Shown: piece after piece, positions 11,245 through 21,847 of the stretch
Position numbering within the stretch: position 1 is the first letter of the stretch
Layout: every line of letters begins with the position of its first letter
Assembly: GCA_040510745.1 (NCBI GenBank)
Contig: JBEVIJ010000075.1
Coordinates: forward strand, 1-63,884
Direction of reading: 5' to 3'
Source: Xanthobacteraceae bacterium
GTDB taxonomy: Bacteria; Pseudomonadota; Alphaproteobacteria; Rhizobiales; Xanthobacteraceae
DNA: 63,884 bases
Notes under the pieces: model-generated
The model's database searches: none
What the model was told of the DNA's origin: nothing
The model's input: the letters and a program-made list of their open reading frames with translations, nothing else
Program-made: the position numbers and the translations under genes

Positions 11245-11298
11245 TGTGCTACTGACTGCGCGGCACATCCAGCCTCATTTTCACAGCAAAGCGACAGC

Positions 11299-12006
11299 AT
11301 GAGCACCAACGCAAAGTACGTCATCACGCCCGCGCCGCAGGCCGCCCTGGCGATCGCCGGCTCCTCCGAGCTGTTTCCCGTTCGCCGCATCTGGTGCGTC
11401 GGGCGCAACTATCTCGAGCACATCAAGGAGATGGGCCAGGACGAGCGCGAGCCGCCGTTCTTCTTCGCCAAGCCCGCCGACGCGATCGTCCCGGATGGCG
11501 GCACCGCGCCCTACCCGTCCCTGACCAAGGACATGCACCACGAGGTCGAGCTGGTGGTCGCGCTCAAGAGCGGCGGCCGCAACATCCCGGTCGACAAGGC
11601 GCTGGATTGCGTCTGGGGCTACGGCGTCGGCATCGACTTGACCCGCCGCGACATGCAGATCGCCTCGCGCGACATCAAGCGCCCCTGGGAGGTCGGCAAA
11701 GCGTTCGACGCCTCGGCGCCGTGCGGCCCGCTCATCTCGGCCACCAAGATTGGCCATCCGCTGAAGGGCAAGATCACGCTCAAGTGCAACGGCAAGGTCC
11801 GCCAGGACGGCGATCTCGAGCAGATGATCTGGAACACGCCGGAGATCATCAGCAAGCTCTCCGAGATGGTCGCGCTCGAAGCCGGCGACATCATCATGAC
11901 CGGAACGCCGTCGGGCGTGGCGGCGACCGTCGCCGGCGACACGCTCGAATGCGAGGTCGCGGGCATCCCGAAGCTGACGGTGAAGATCGGCCAGCCGCTC
12001 AAATAA
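11299..12006 (+). CDS. fumarylacetoacetate hydrolase family protein (acylpyruvate/fumarylpyruvate hydrolase-like)
   Basis: CVGRNYLEH, PFFFAKP, HHEVELVV, DLTRRD, GDIIMTGTPSGV. Confidence 0.9.
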   Translation: MSTNAKYVITPAPQAALAIAGSSELFPVRRIWCVGRNYLEHIKEMGQDEREPPFFFAKPADAIVPDGGTAPYPSLTKDMHHEVELVVALKSGGRNIPVDKALDCVWGYGVGIDLTRRDMQIASRDIKRPWEVGKAFDASAPCGPLISATKIGHPLKGKITLKCNGKVRQDGDLEQMIWNTPEIISKLSEMVALEAGDIIMTGTPSGVAATVAGDTLECEVAGIPKLTVKIGQPLK

Positions 12007-12030
12007 CACGCAGTTTGCGACCAAACATTA

Positions 12031-12066
12031 GGCCCGCCGGATTCTCTCCGGCGGGTTTTGTTTTTA
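12031..12066 (+). terminator. rho-independent terminator
   Basis: CCCGCCGGA-ttctc-TCCGGCGGG followed by TTTTGTTTTT after the FAH gene. Confidence 0.85.
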
Positions 12067-12151
12067 TTGCAGTGCAAAATGATTCGCTAAAGAAGCGAGA
12101 CGCCAACTGCGTTCGCGACGTGTGCGATGCAACCTTTCGGGTCGTTTTGAG

Positions 12152-12166
12152 TTAACAAGCGGTTAA
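12152..12166. promoter_or_regulatory. CtrA-type binding site
   Basis: TTAA-caagcgg-TTAA = TTAA-N7-TTAA, 65 bp upstream of ORF 12232. Confidence 0.6.
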
Positions 12167-12231
12167 TGCGTCAGTGGCATGAAACCCGCATAGGGTAATC
12201 GCCGATTGCAATACTAGAACGTCGAACGCCG

Positions 12232-12416
12232 ATGAAAGCAATTCAGACTGCAAAGCGATACGAGACCCGTTTGCCGAGCGCGGATTCGCAGCGCGCGGCG
12301 AAGTCTTCGCCTGCCGAGGCGCGCTCGACCTCCGATTTGCTCAAGGAATTGCGCCGCAGCTTTCCCGACATGCCGCTCGCCGAGCGCATCGCCGCACTCG
12401 AAACGCTAAGACGCGC

Positions 12417-12432
<16 letters not shown>
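12232..12432 (+). CDS. small hypothetical protein (66 aa)
   Basis: ATG ORF in intergenic space, helical C-terminus STSDLLKELRRSFPDMPLAERIAAL; short convergent overlap with livF-like gene. Confidence 0.55.
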
Positions 12433-13121
<689 letters not shown>

Positions 13122-13847
13122 CTAGAGCGCCTCCGCCCCGAGATAGGATTCGATCACCGCCGGATCGCGCACCACCTGCTCCGGGGTGCCTTCGGCAATG
13201 GCCGCGCCGTGATGGAGAACCAGAACCCGCGACGCCAGCGACATCACCGCGCGCATGACGTGCTCGATCAGCAGGATGGTAAGGCCGCTCTCCTTGTTGA
13301 TGCGGGTGAGAATCTCAACCATGCGGTCGGTTTCCGTGGGCCTTAAGCCCGCCATCACCTCGTCGAGCAGCAGGAGCTTCGGATCGGTGGCGAGCGCGCG
13401 CGCCACTTCGAGGCGCTTCCTGTCGGGCAGCGTCAGCGCCGAGGCGGGCTGGCTGCGCTTGTCGTAGAGATCGAGGCGGGCGAGCACCTCGCGGGCATGG
13501 GTGCGCGCCGCCGCGACGTCCTGCCGGCGATGCAGCGCGCCGACCATGACATTGTCCTCGACGGAGAGCCCCGGGAACGGCCGTACCAACTGAAACGTGC
13601 GGCCGATGCCGCGCCCACACACCACATCCGGGGTGAGCCCGTCGATCCGGTCGCCGGCAAACGCGATGTGGCCCCCATTCGGCGGGAACACGCCGGCGAT
13701 CATGTTGAACAGCGTGGTCTTGCCTGCGCCGTTCGGCCCGATCACCGCGAAAATCACGCCCTGCGGCACCGCGAACGACACATCGGCCACCGCGCGCAGC
13801 CCGCTGAAGTTCTTGGTCACGTTGACGACCTCGAGCAGCGCGGCCAT
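13122..13847 (-). CDS. branched-chain amino acid-type ABC ATP-binding protein (LivG-like)
   Basis: GPNGAGKTT, GRTFQLVRPF, LLLDEVMAGL, IEHVM. Confidence 0.92.
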   Translation of the reverse strand: MAALLEVVNVTKNFSGLRAVADVSFAVPQGVIFAVIGPNGAGKTTLFNMIAGVFPPNGGHIAFAGDRIDGLTPDVVCGRGIGRTFQLVRPFPGLSVEDNVMVGALHRRQDVAAARTHAREVLARLDLYDKRSQPASALTLPDRKRLEVARALATDPKLLLLDEVMAGLRPTETDRMVEILTRINKESGLTILLIEHVMRAVMSLASRVLVLHHGAAIAEGTPEQVVRDPAVIESYLGAEAL

Positions 13848-13848
13848 C

Positions 13849-14889
13849 TCAGCGCTCCGCCCTGTCTTTGCGATCGTCGTTTGGATCGTCTTGGCGCTTG
13901 TCGAGGCCGAGCTTGCGCGCCAGCGCCGGCCAGATTCCGTCCGGCAGCAGCATCACCACGAACAGCAGGCACAATCCGTAGAAAACCTGCCGCGCGCCGG
14001 GCGGCGTGAAGCCGAGTGCGCTCAGTAGTTCGAAGATGCCCTCGGCGAGGCCTGTGATGAGGATGGCGCCGATGATCGGCCCGAACAGCGTGCCGATGCC
14101 GCCGATGATCGGGCCCAGGATCAACTCGATCGAGCGCGAGATGTTGAACACCTGCTCGGGAAACAGGTTGTTGTAGTAGAACGCAAAGAATACGCCGGCG
14201 ACCGATGTCATACCGGCCGAGATTACCACCGCGATCATCTTGCAGCGGAAGGTATCGATGCCGAGCGTCTTGGCCGCCAGTTCGTCCTCGCGGATCGCCT
14301 GCCAGAAGTAGCCGATGCGGCTGCGCAGCAGCCAATGGCAGATCACGAATGCCAGCACGGTGAGCGCCAGGATCGCGTAGTAGAACATGGTCGGCGAGCC
14401 ACGCAGGTTCCACAGATCGTTGCGCGTGTAGTTGGCGACCGGCAGGAAGAAGCCCGACGAGCCGCTGACCCAGCGGAAATGGTCGAAGCCGATCCGCGCG
14501 AACTCGGCGAACGCGATGGTCAGGATGGCGAAATAGACGCCGGCAACGCCGAACCGGAACGCGAGATAGCCGATCGCGGCGCCGGCCAGTGCTGCGATCG
14601 CGATGGCGACCGGCAGGCCGAGCCAAGGCGAGATGCCGAAATGCACGTAGAGCGCCGCCGTCGTGTAGGCGCCGAGGCCGACATAGAGCGCGTGGCCGAG
14701 CGAGAGCTGCCCGGCGAAGCCCATCATGATGTTCCAGGCCTGCCCGACGTAGGCAAAGTACAGAATCAGAATCAGGACGGTCAGCACGTAGTCGTTGGCG
14801 AACCACGGCGCCGCCAGAAACGCGATCAACAGCGCGCCCAGCATGACGAGCGCCCGGCGCGGCACGCCATCGATCAGCCGGGCGATCAT
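13849..14889 (-). CDS. HAAT ABC permease (LivM-like)
   Basis: WNIMMGFAGQLSLGHA, AIREDELAA, hydrophobic. Confidence 0.9.
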   Translation of the reverse strand: MIARLIDGVPRRALVMLGALLIAFLAAPWFANDYVLTVLILILYFAYVGQAWNIMMGFAGQLSLGHALYVGLGAYTTAALYVHFGISPWLGLPVAIAIAALAGAAIGYLAFRFGVAGVYFAILTIAFAEFARIGFDHFRWVSGSSGFFLPVANYTRNDLWNLRGSPTMFYYAILALTVLAFVICHWLLRSRIGYFWQAIREDELAAKTLGIDTFRCKMIAVVISAGMTSVAGVFFAFYYNNLFPEQVFNISRSIELILGPIIGGIGTLFGPIIGAILITGLAEGIFELLSALGFTPPGARQVFYGLCLLFVVMLLPDGIWPALARKLGLDKRQDDPNDDRKDRAER

Positions 14890-15758
14890 GCCGCCCTCTT
14901 CCCGATGATGCCCTCCGGCCTGAACAGCAGGACCAGCACCAGGATGGCGAAGGCGAACATGCTCTTTGCCGACGGCGTGAAAAGCAGTCCCGCCAGCGCC
15001 TCAGTGATGCCGATCAGCACGCCGCCGAGCAGCGCGCCCGGCATCGAGCCGAGCCCGCCGACAATGACGATGATGAAGGCGAGCAGCGTGAATGCGGGTC
15101 CGAGCGGCGGCGTCACGTCGATGATCAGCACCAGGATCGCCCCGGCGGCGCCGACACAGGCGGCGCCCAGCCCGAAGGTGAGCGCGTAGAGCTTGCGCAC
15201 GTCGAGCCCGACCACCAGCGCCCCGGTGTAGTTGTCGGCGCAGGCGCGGATCGCCTTGCCGGTCGGCGTGAATTTGAAGAACGCAAACAGCACCGCGGCG
15301 ACTGCGAGCGCCGCAAGCGCCGCATAGACCTTGGTGGCGTCGACGATCAGCGGGCCGAGCGCGAAGCTGTCGAACGAGTAGGAGGTCTGGACGTTCTGCG
15401 CGTCGGGCCCGAATACGATCAGCAGGCCGTTGACCATCATGATCGCCACCGCGATCATCAGCATGAACTGCGCGTGTTCCGGCCGGTTGATGAACGGCGT
15501 GATGAGCCAGTTCTGCATCGCATAGCCGAGCGCGAACAGAATGGCCGCGATCGGCAGCATCATCAGCAGCGGATCGAGCTTGAGCGAAGCGAACAGCACC
15601 ACCGCGAGATACATCGCGATGGTCATCATCTCGCCGTGGGCGAAGTTGACGACCCGCACCACGCCGAAGATGACCGACAGCCCGAGCGCCATCAGGCCAT
15701 AGACCAGCCCGGTCAACAGCCCGCTGATAGCCACGTTGAAGTAGATCTCTGCGGGCAC
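14886..15758 (-). CDS. HAAT ABC permease (LivH-like)
   Basis: GLSVIFGVVRVVNFAHGE, GKAIRA, GGLGSMPGA; GTG start assumed. Confidence 0.9.
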   Translation of the reverse strand: MPAEIYFNVAISGLLTGLVYGLMALGLSVIFGVVRVVNFAHGEMMTIAMYLAVVLFASLKLDPLLMMLPIAAILFALGYAMQNWLITPFINRPEHAQFMLMIAVAIMMVNGLLIVFGPDAQNVQTSYSFDSFALGPLIVDATKVYAALAALAVAAVLFAFFKFTPTGKAIRACADNYTGALVVGLDVRKLYALTFGLGAACVGAAGAILVLIIDVTPPLGPAFTLLAFIIVIVGGLGSMPGALLGGVLIGITEALAGLLFTPSAKSMFAFAILVLVLLFRPEGIIGKRAA

Positions 15759-15771
15759 GGGGTCTCTCAAC

Positions 15772-15871
15772 TGTCATTCCGGGGCGCGCCGGAGGCGCGA
15801 ACCCAGAATCCATAATCACATATCGGGTTATGGATTCCGGGTTCCTCGCTTCGCTCGGCCCCGGAATGACA
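15772..15871. repeat. alphaproteobacterial REP/RIME-like palindromic element
   Basis: TGTCATTCCGGGGC...GCCCCGGAATGACA terminal inverted repeat with inner GAATCCATAA..TTATGGATTC. Confidence 0.85.
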
Positions 15872-15882
15872 AAAATCGGTGG

Positions 15883-17106
15883 TCAGCGCTTATCGTACGG
15901 CTTCATCGGCCATTCGGCCTTGGCATTGGTCGCGCCCTTCGGCGCCACCGTGACCAGCTTGCCGGCACGGTTCTGGATCGCCGAGTTGCGCAGCTTGTCG
16001 TTCTGGCCCTTGGCGTCGAACTGGATGCCGGGGCCGGTCGAGACGTTGTCCTTGATGCTGGTGGTGCGGATCGCATCGGCCAGCGCCTTGGGATCGGCCG
16101 ACCCGGCGCGCTTGTAGGCATCCGCGGCGACCAGCAGCGCCTCGAAAGTGTAGATCTGGTTGGTGTTGAGATTGACGCCGGGGGCGGACTTGGCGAGCGC
16201 GGTCTCCAGCATCTTGCTCATTTTCTTGGTCGGGTCGTACCAGGGCACGAAGCTCAGCGGCCCGTCGGCCAGCTTGCCGAGCGTCTTGAGATATTGGTCC
16301 TCATACCAGCCCGGTCCCATGCTAAGCACGCCCATTGGCGACCAGCGCTGCTTGACCATCTCGCGAGTGATCAGGATCGCATCGTTGAGCCGGCTGACGG
16401 CGAGCAGCGCGTCGGCGCCGACCGACTTGGCCTTGGAGACCTCGACCGACAGGTCGCGCGCTGTCGCGTCGTAGGCGATCGTCTCCTTGATGGTGTAGGG
16501 CATGTTGTGCTTCGGCATGATCGCGCCGATGCCCTTCTGCATCGCGGTGCCGAAGGTGTCGTTGGCGTGCATGAACACCACGGTCTTGGGCGCGGTGCCG
16601 GCGGCCTCGAACACCTCTTTCTGATTGATAAAGGCATCGTTCAGGATCATGCCGGCAGTCGGGAAATTGCGGAACACGAACTTGTAGCCCTGCTCCGTGA
16701 TCGGCGGTGCCGCGGCGATGTTGATGACGAAGGGAATGCCCTTCTGCTCGGCCACCTGGGCGATTGCGGTCGACTGCCCAGAATCGAAAGCACCCATCAG
16801 GAGCTGCGCGCCGTCGGCGATCAGCTTCTCGGCACGCGCGCGCGCCACCTCGACGTTGGTCTCGGTGTCGGCGTTCATGAGCTGCAGGCTGGGCAAACCG
16901 AGCTGCTTCAGGATGCCCGGCGTAACGTCGACGCCGCGCTGACAGTCCTGCCCGATGCTGGCCTGGGCGCCGGAGCGCGGCAGCAGTACGCCGACCTTCA
17001 AGGCAGCGCCCTGCGCTCGCAGGATGGCGGGCGAGGCAATGAAAGTGGTGGTGGCGGCCGCGCCGGCGGCAAACTCGCGGCGCGTGATAGGACGAACAGG
17101 CGACAT
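15883..17106 (-). CDS. HAAT ABC substrate-binding protein (LivK-like, possible Tat signal)
   Basis: TRREFAAG..PAILRAQ signal, KVGVLLPRSG, periplasmic binding type 1 pattern. Confidence 0.88.
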   Translation of the reverse strand: MSPVRPITRREFAAGAAATTTFIASPAILRAQGAALKVGVLLPRSGAQASIGQDCQRGVDVTPGILKQLGLPSLQLMNADTETNVEVARARAEKLIADGAQLLMGAFDSGQSTAIAQVAEQKGIPFVINIAAAPPITEQGYKFVFRNFPTAGMILNDAFINQKEVFEAAGTAPKTVVFMHANDTFGTAMQKGIGAIMPKHNMPYTIKETIAYDATARDLSVEVSKAKSVGADALLAVSRLNDAILITREMVKQRWSPMGVLSMGPGWYEDQYLKTLGKLADGPLSFVPWYDPTKKMSKMLETALAKSAPGVNLNTNQIYTFEALLVAADAYKRAGSADPKALADAIRTTSIKDNVSTGPGIQFDAKGQNDKLRNSAIQNRAGKLVTVAPKGATNAKAEWPMKPYDKR

Positions 17107-17194
17107 CGTGATCCTCCCAGATTGGATTTCTGGAGGCATGGTAGAGGCGCGCGACGGTCGCCTGCAAGCAGCCTAAAGGCGCAGGCTTGGTCTT

Positions 17195-17229
17195 CGTCAT
17201 GGATGGCCGGGACAAGCCCGGCCATGACG
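17195..17229. repeat. REP-like palindrome (GTCATGGCCGGGCTTGTCCCGGCCATCC family)
   Basis: CGTCATGG-ATGGCCGGG-acaag-CCCGGCCAT-GACG hairpin between hppD and the binding-protein gene. Confidence 0.75.
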
Positions 17230-17257
17230 ACCCATGGATTGGGGAGTGAATACGAAC

Positions 17258-18376
17258 CTAGGCCTGCGGCCGATCCTGCAGTACGCCCCGTCGGATCTGG
17301 TCTTCCTCGATCGACTCGAACAGAGCCCGGAAGTTGCCCTCGCCGAAGCCCTCGTCGCCCTTGCGCTGGATGAACTCGAAGAAGATCGGTCCCAGCACGG
17401 TCGCGGAGAATATCTGCAGCAGCACCTTGGTACGCCCGCCGTTCACCACGCCCTCGCCGTCGATCAGGATGCCGGACTGCCGCAACGCTTCGACCGGCTC
17501 GCCGTGACCGGGCAGACGCGCGTCGACTTTCTCGTAGTAAGTGGCGGGCGGCGGCGGCATGAACGACATCCCGTTGGCGCGGAGCTTTCCGACCGACTCA
17601 TAAATGTCGCGCGCGCCCATCGCGACATGCTGGATGCCCTCGCCGTGATACTCCTTCAGGTACTCCTCGATCTGCGACTTGTCGTCGAGCGACTCGTTGA
17701 TCGGGATGCGGATCTTGCCGCACGGCGACGTCATCGCCCGCGAGATCAGTCCGGTCAGCTTGCCTTCGATGTTGAAGAAGCGAATCTGCTTGAAGTTGAA
17801 AAGCTTCTCATAAAAGCCCGCCCAGTGATCCATCCGGCCGCGCTGCACGTTGTGGGTGAGATGATCGATGTAATGCAGGCCGACGCCCGAAGGCTTCGGG
17901 TCGCGCTCGCCGGTCCAGCGGAAGTCGACGTCCCAGATCGAGCCGTTGTCACCGTAGCGGTCGACGAAATAAAGCAACGAGCCGCCGATCCCCTTGATCG
18001 CCGGAATGGAAAGCTCCATCGGACCGACCTTGATCTCGCCAGGCTCCGCGCCGAGCGACAGCGCACGCTCGTAGGCGTGCTTCGCGTCGGACACCCGGAA
18101 CGCCATGGCGCAGGCGCACGGCCCATGCAGCGCGGCGAAGCGCTGCGCAAACGAATCCGGCTCGGCGTTGACGACGAAGTTGACCAGGCCCTGCCGCCAC
18201 AGCGTCACGTCTTTCGAGCGATGCCTCGCGACCTCCGTGAATCCCATGGTGGCGAACAGCGCCTTGAGCTTCTGCGGCTGGGGATGGGCATATTCGACGA
18301 ACTGCATTCCATCGGTGCCCATGGGATTGGATTCGGAAATGCCGGCGGGCGGTGCGTCGTGCGGAAACGGGCCCAT
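17258..18376 (-). CDS. hppD: 4-hydroxyphenylpyruvate dioxygenase
   Basis: [49 protein letters not shown]. Confidence 0.96.
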   Translation of the reverse strand: MGPFPHDAPPAGISESNPMGTDGMQFVEYAHPQPQKLKALFATMGFTEVARHRSKDVTLWRQGLVNFVVNAEPDSFAQRFAALHGPCACAMAFRVSDAKHAYERALSLGAEPGEIKVGPMELSIPAIKGIGGSLLYFVDRYGDNGSIWDVDFRWTGERDPKPSGVGLHYIDHLTHNVQRGRMDHWAGFYEKLFNFKQIRFFNIEGKLTGLISRAMTSPCGKIRIPINESLDDKSQIEEYLKEYHGEGIQHVAMGARDIYESVGKLRANGMSFMPPPPATYYEKVDARLPGHGEPVEALRQSGILIDGEGVVNGGRTKVLLQIFSATVLGPIFFEFIQRKGDEGFGEGNFRALFESIEEDQIRRGVLQDRPQA

Positions 18377-18399
18377 GGATGGCCTCCAGCGCTATCGCC

Positions 18400-19695
18400 T
18401 CAAGCGAACAGCCGCTCAACGGCCGCGGCGACACGGAACAGGTGGTCATCCTGGCCGTTTCGCGCAACCACCATCAAGCCCGCCGACAGGCCTTGTCCAC
18501 GGGGCAATGGCAGCGAGATCGCGCAAAGGTCGAAGAAATTCATCATCGACGTGTTGCGCAGCAGCAGCATGTTTTTCTGGCCGAAGCTCTCGAGGGTCGC
18601 GACCTCGTCGAGTCTCGGCGCGACGATCGGCGTCGTCGGCAGGATCAGCGCATCGAGCCCGGCCATGCGGGCGTCCATGGCACGGACGAGCCGCGCCCGC
18701 TCCTGCGCCATGTCGATGTAGTCCGCCGCGCTCACGGTGCCGCCGCGCTCGATGCGGGCGCGGATGTTCTGGTCGACGTCGCGGCCGCGGCGCTTGAGCC
18801 GGTCGCGATGGATCGAGAACGCCTCGGTCGGCGCGAAGCCGCCTTTGGCATTGCAGGCGATCATGTCGGGGATGAGCGCGACGGTTTCGTCGCTGAGCTT
18901 GGCGCCCGCCGGGCCGAGTGCCGCAATCGCACCCTCCCAGGCTTTTGCGACCGTATCGTCGATGCTCTCGAACGGCATGCCCTGCACGACGCCGAGGCGC
19001 AGGCCGGCAAGCGAAGCCGGCTGCAACGTCTGCGGCTTGTCGCCCGCCATCACCGCGTCGGCGGCGGCGCATTCGGCGACGCTCTTCGCCAGCGGCCCGA
19101 TCGAGTCCAACGTGAACGACAGCGGAAACGCGCCCTCGGTCGGCACGCGCTGGCGGCTCGGTTTCCAGCCGACGACGCCGCACAGCGCGGCGGGAATGCG
19201 GGTCGAGCCCCCGGTGTCGCTGCCGATCGCGATCTCGCACAGGCCGTCAGCCACCGCGACGCCGCCGCCCGAGGTCGAGCCGCCCGGCACCCGCGCGCGG
19301 TCGAACGGATTGCCGGGCGTGCCGAAATGCGGATTGGCGCCGACGCCGGAGAACGCGAACTCGCTCATATTGGTCTTGGCGGCGATCACCGCGCCCGCCG
19401 CACGCAGCCGCGTTACCACCGGCGCATCCGCCGGGGCGGGCCTGCCCTCCTCCGCGACCACGCGCGAGCCCGCGCGCGTCACCTCGCCTTTGACGTCGAA
19501 CAGGTCCTTGATGCTGACGATCGCGCCGTCGAGCGGACCCAGCGATTGCCCGGCCTTGGCGCGAGCATCGGCTGCGTCCGCGGCGGCGCGTGCCATGTCG
19601 GCATAGACGGTGAGGCAGGCGCGCGCCCCCTCGCCCTTCGGCTCGGCGATGCGAGCAAGCGATTGTTCCAGGCGGTCGCGGGCTGACGTGCTCAT
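18400..19695 (-). CDS. amidase-signature family enzyme
   Basis: SIKDLFD, PGGSTSGG, GSDTGGSTRIPAALCG. Confidence 0.92.
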   Translation of the reverse strand: MSTSARDRLEQSLARIAEPKGEGARACLTVYADMARAAADAADARAKAGQSLGPLDGAIVSIKDLFDVKGEVTRAGSRVVAEEGRPAPADAPVVTRLRAAGAVIAAKTNMSEFAFSGVGANPHFGTPGNPFDRARVPGGSTSGGGVAVADGLCEIAIGSDTGGSTRIPAALCGVVGWKPSRQRVPTEGAFPLSFTLDSIGPLAKSVAECAAADAVMAGDKPQTLQPASLAGLRLGVVQGMPFESIDDTVAKAWEGAIAALGPAGAKLSDETVALIPDMIACNAKGGFAPTEAFSIHRDRLKRRGRDVDQNIRARIERGGTVSAADYIDMAQERARLVRAMDARMAGLDALILPTTPIVAPRLDEVATLESFGQKNMLLLRNTSMMNFFDLCAISLPLPRGQGLSAGLMVVARNGQDDHLFRVAAAVERLFA

Positions 19696-19714
19696 TCGCA
19701 GCACTATACGCTAA

Positions 19715-21727
19715 CTAGCCGATGTCGCGCTTGGCTTCGGCCAGCACCGGAGCGAGATCGCCAGTCGAGGCGTTCTGTTGCGGCGTCAGCGCGTATTTCT
19801 TCGGCGGTGCGATCTTGCGGTGCTGCCAGATGCCGCCGGCGAGGGCGATGACCAGCACCACGGCGAATGAAACCGACATCTTGATGTCGGGAACGAACAA
19901 CACCGCGAACGCCAGCACGGCGAACAGGCAGCGCAACACGATATCCACGGCTGCCCCGGGATAACAGCGCCCGAACATCGCAAAAGATGCGCCGAGCGTG
20001 CCCACCAGCACCAGGAACATGTCGGCGATCATCAGCCAGCCGGGGTTCGTCACCAGATTGTGGCGGGTGAAGATCGCAAACGTCATCAGCGTGATCGGCG
20101 CGCAGATCTTGAGCGCCTCCCACATGGTTCGCATGAACGACGCATTGGCGATCCGCGCGGAGACCGCGGCGGTGAGCGAAGTCGGAGGCGACAGCTCGCC
20201 CCACACCGACAGGAAGAAGACGAAGAAGTGCGCGACCCACGGATTGATGCCGAGCTCGCGCATCGGCGGCACGATGACCACGGCGCCGATGATGTAGGTG
20301 GCGGTCGGCGGCAGCCCGGTGCCCGCAAGCCAGCCGAACACCCAGGCCATGCCGATCATGGCGATGATGTTCCAGGAGCCGAGGTCGATCAGCATCCCAC
20401 CCATCCGGTTGATGAATCCGGTGACGGTGAACAGGCCGATCATGATGCCCAACGTGGCCAGCAACAGCGTCAGGTACGACGACATCTCGGCGTGCGTTTC
20501 GATGCCGCGCCGCAGACTGCCGAACAGCGTCTCATGCTGAAGCTTGGGCTCCTTCAGCACGTGCTTGAAATACAGGAAAATGCCGATCAGCGGCGCGAGC
20601 ATGAACATCGCGGTGTAGAGCGCGGCGAGCAATTCGCCCTTGCCAACGTAGCCCATCAAATAAACGAGATAGAGCACCGAGGTGAAGAAGATCGCGGTCG
20701 AGATTTTATCGTAGAGCGGCACCTGCGGCTTGTCGATCGGATCATCCGGCAGCAGGCGCACGCAGAGCAGATACACCGCGGCGCCGATCGAGATGTAATA
20801 GATAAAGGCGAGCGCGAAGCCGCGAATCACGACGTCCCAGTAGGGCACGCCGAGGAACTCCGCCATCAAGAAGGCGGCCGCGCCCATCATCGGCGGATCG
20901 ATCAGGCCGCCCATCGAGGCCGCGGTCTCGACCGCCGCGGCAAACGTGCCGGGCACGCCGTAACGCATCATCAGCGGGATGGTGATGGTGCCGACCACGG
21001 CGGCGTTGGCCGAGCCCGAACCGCTGATCAACCCGATCATGCTCGAACCGACCACCGCGGTTTGCGGGATCAGCCGGCGCGACCGGGCGACCAGCCGCAC
21101 CACGTTGATCATGCAGTTCTGCGCGTTGAAGCCGTTGGCGACGCCGGCCAACATGAGGAACGCCGCGATCAAGGTCAGCGCGAGCTGGCCGTAGGTGCCG
21201 TAGATACCGGTCGACAGCTCATACGTGCTCGACGAGACGACGCGGATGAACGTCGTGCCGGGATGCCAGAAGAAATCGATCGGGGAGAGATAACCCCACA
21301 GCGTGTAGACGACGAGGACGATGTTGGTCCAGAACAGGATCGGATGCGCGAGCCTCGTGAGCTCCATCACCAGCAGGAACACCAGCAGACCGAGGATGAA
21401 GTCGCCCTGCGTGTAGGAGCCCTGCGCGTAGATCGCGATGCGCTCAAAGTGGACGAAAAAATAGGCGAACGAATAGACGCAGATGCCGAGATAGACTGCA
21501 ACGATCAACTGGTTCACCACCCGCGGCAGCGCGGGATAGAGATCTTTCTCCTCGAACATGAACAGGATTTGCAGCGCCAGCGCGATCGACATGACGTGCG
21601 CGACCAGCTCCTGGCCGCCGCCCTTGCCAGTGTAGAAGAACCAGACCAGCCAGACGAGCTGGATCGTCGCCAGTACGAAAATCAGATTTCTGAGCGTGGC
21701 GAATTTCTTGATCGCTTCGCTCGCCAT
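19715..21727 (-). CDS. TRAP (TAXI-type) fused permease
   Basis: SGSGSANA, VETAASMGGLIDPPMMGAAAF, GLPPTATY, SPPT; polytopic membrane protein. Confidence 0.9.
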   Translation of the reverse strand: MASEAIKKFATLRNLIFVLATIQLVWLVWFFYTGKGGGQELVAHVMSIALALQILFMFEEKDLYPALPRVVNQLIVAVYLGICVYSFAYFFVHFERIAIYAQGSYTQGDFILGLLVFLLVMELTRLAHPILFWTNIVLVVYTLWGYLSPIDFFWHPGTTFIRVVSSSTYELSTGIYGTYGQLALTLIAAFLMLAGVANGFNAQNCMINVVRLVARSRRLIPQTAVVGSSMIGLISGSGSANAAVVGTITIPLMMRYGVPGTFAAAVETAASMGGLIDPPMMGAAAFLMAEFLGVPYWDVVIRGFALAFIYYISIGAAVYLLCVRLLPDDPIDKPQVPLYDKISTAIFFTSVLYLVYLMGYVGKGELLAALYTAMFMLAPLIGIFLYFKHVLKEPKLQHETLFGSLRRGIETHAEMSSYLTLLLATLGIMIGLFTVTGFINRMGGMLIDLGSWNIIAMIGMAWVFGWLAGTGLPPTATYIIGAVVIVPPMRELGINPWVAHFFVFFLSVWGELSPPTSLTAAVSARIANASFMRTMWEALKICAPITLMTFAIFTRHNLVTNPGWLMIADMFLVLVGTLGASFAMFGRCYPGAAVDIVLRCLFAVLAFAVLFVPDIKMSVSFAVVLVIALAGGIWQHRKIAPPKKYALTPQQNASTGDLAPVLAEAKRDIG

Positions 21728-21792
21728 GGTTCCCCTCGCAAAGCCTGCTTCGCGCCCCCGCCGGCGCGATCATCCCCCGCTTTGAAATACAC

Positions 21793-21832
21793 CGGGGCGG
21801 GAACCAGCGCCAGCGCGACGGTCCCCGCCCCG
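21793..21832 (-). other. intercistronic stem-loop
   Basis: CGGGGCGGGAACC...GGTCCCCGCCCCG between TAXI receptor and permease. Confidence 0.5.
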
Positions 21833-21847
21833 TGTCAGCTCAACCGA

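Noticed and set aside
16998-17225. MAGLVPAIH ORF and similar repeat-derived ORFs (15830, 24517, 26568 extension)
   Set aside because: Spurious translations of palindromic repeats
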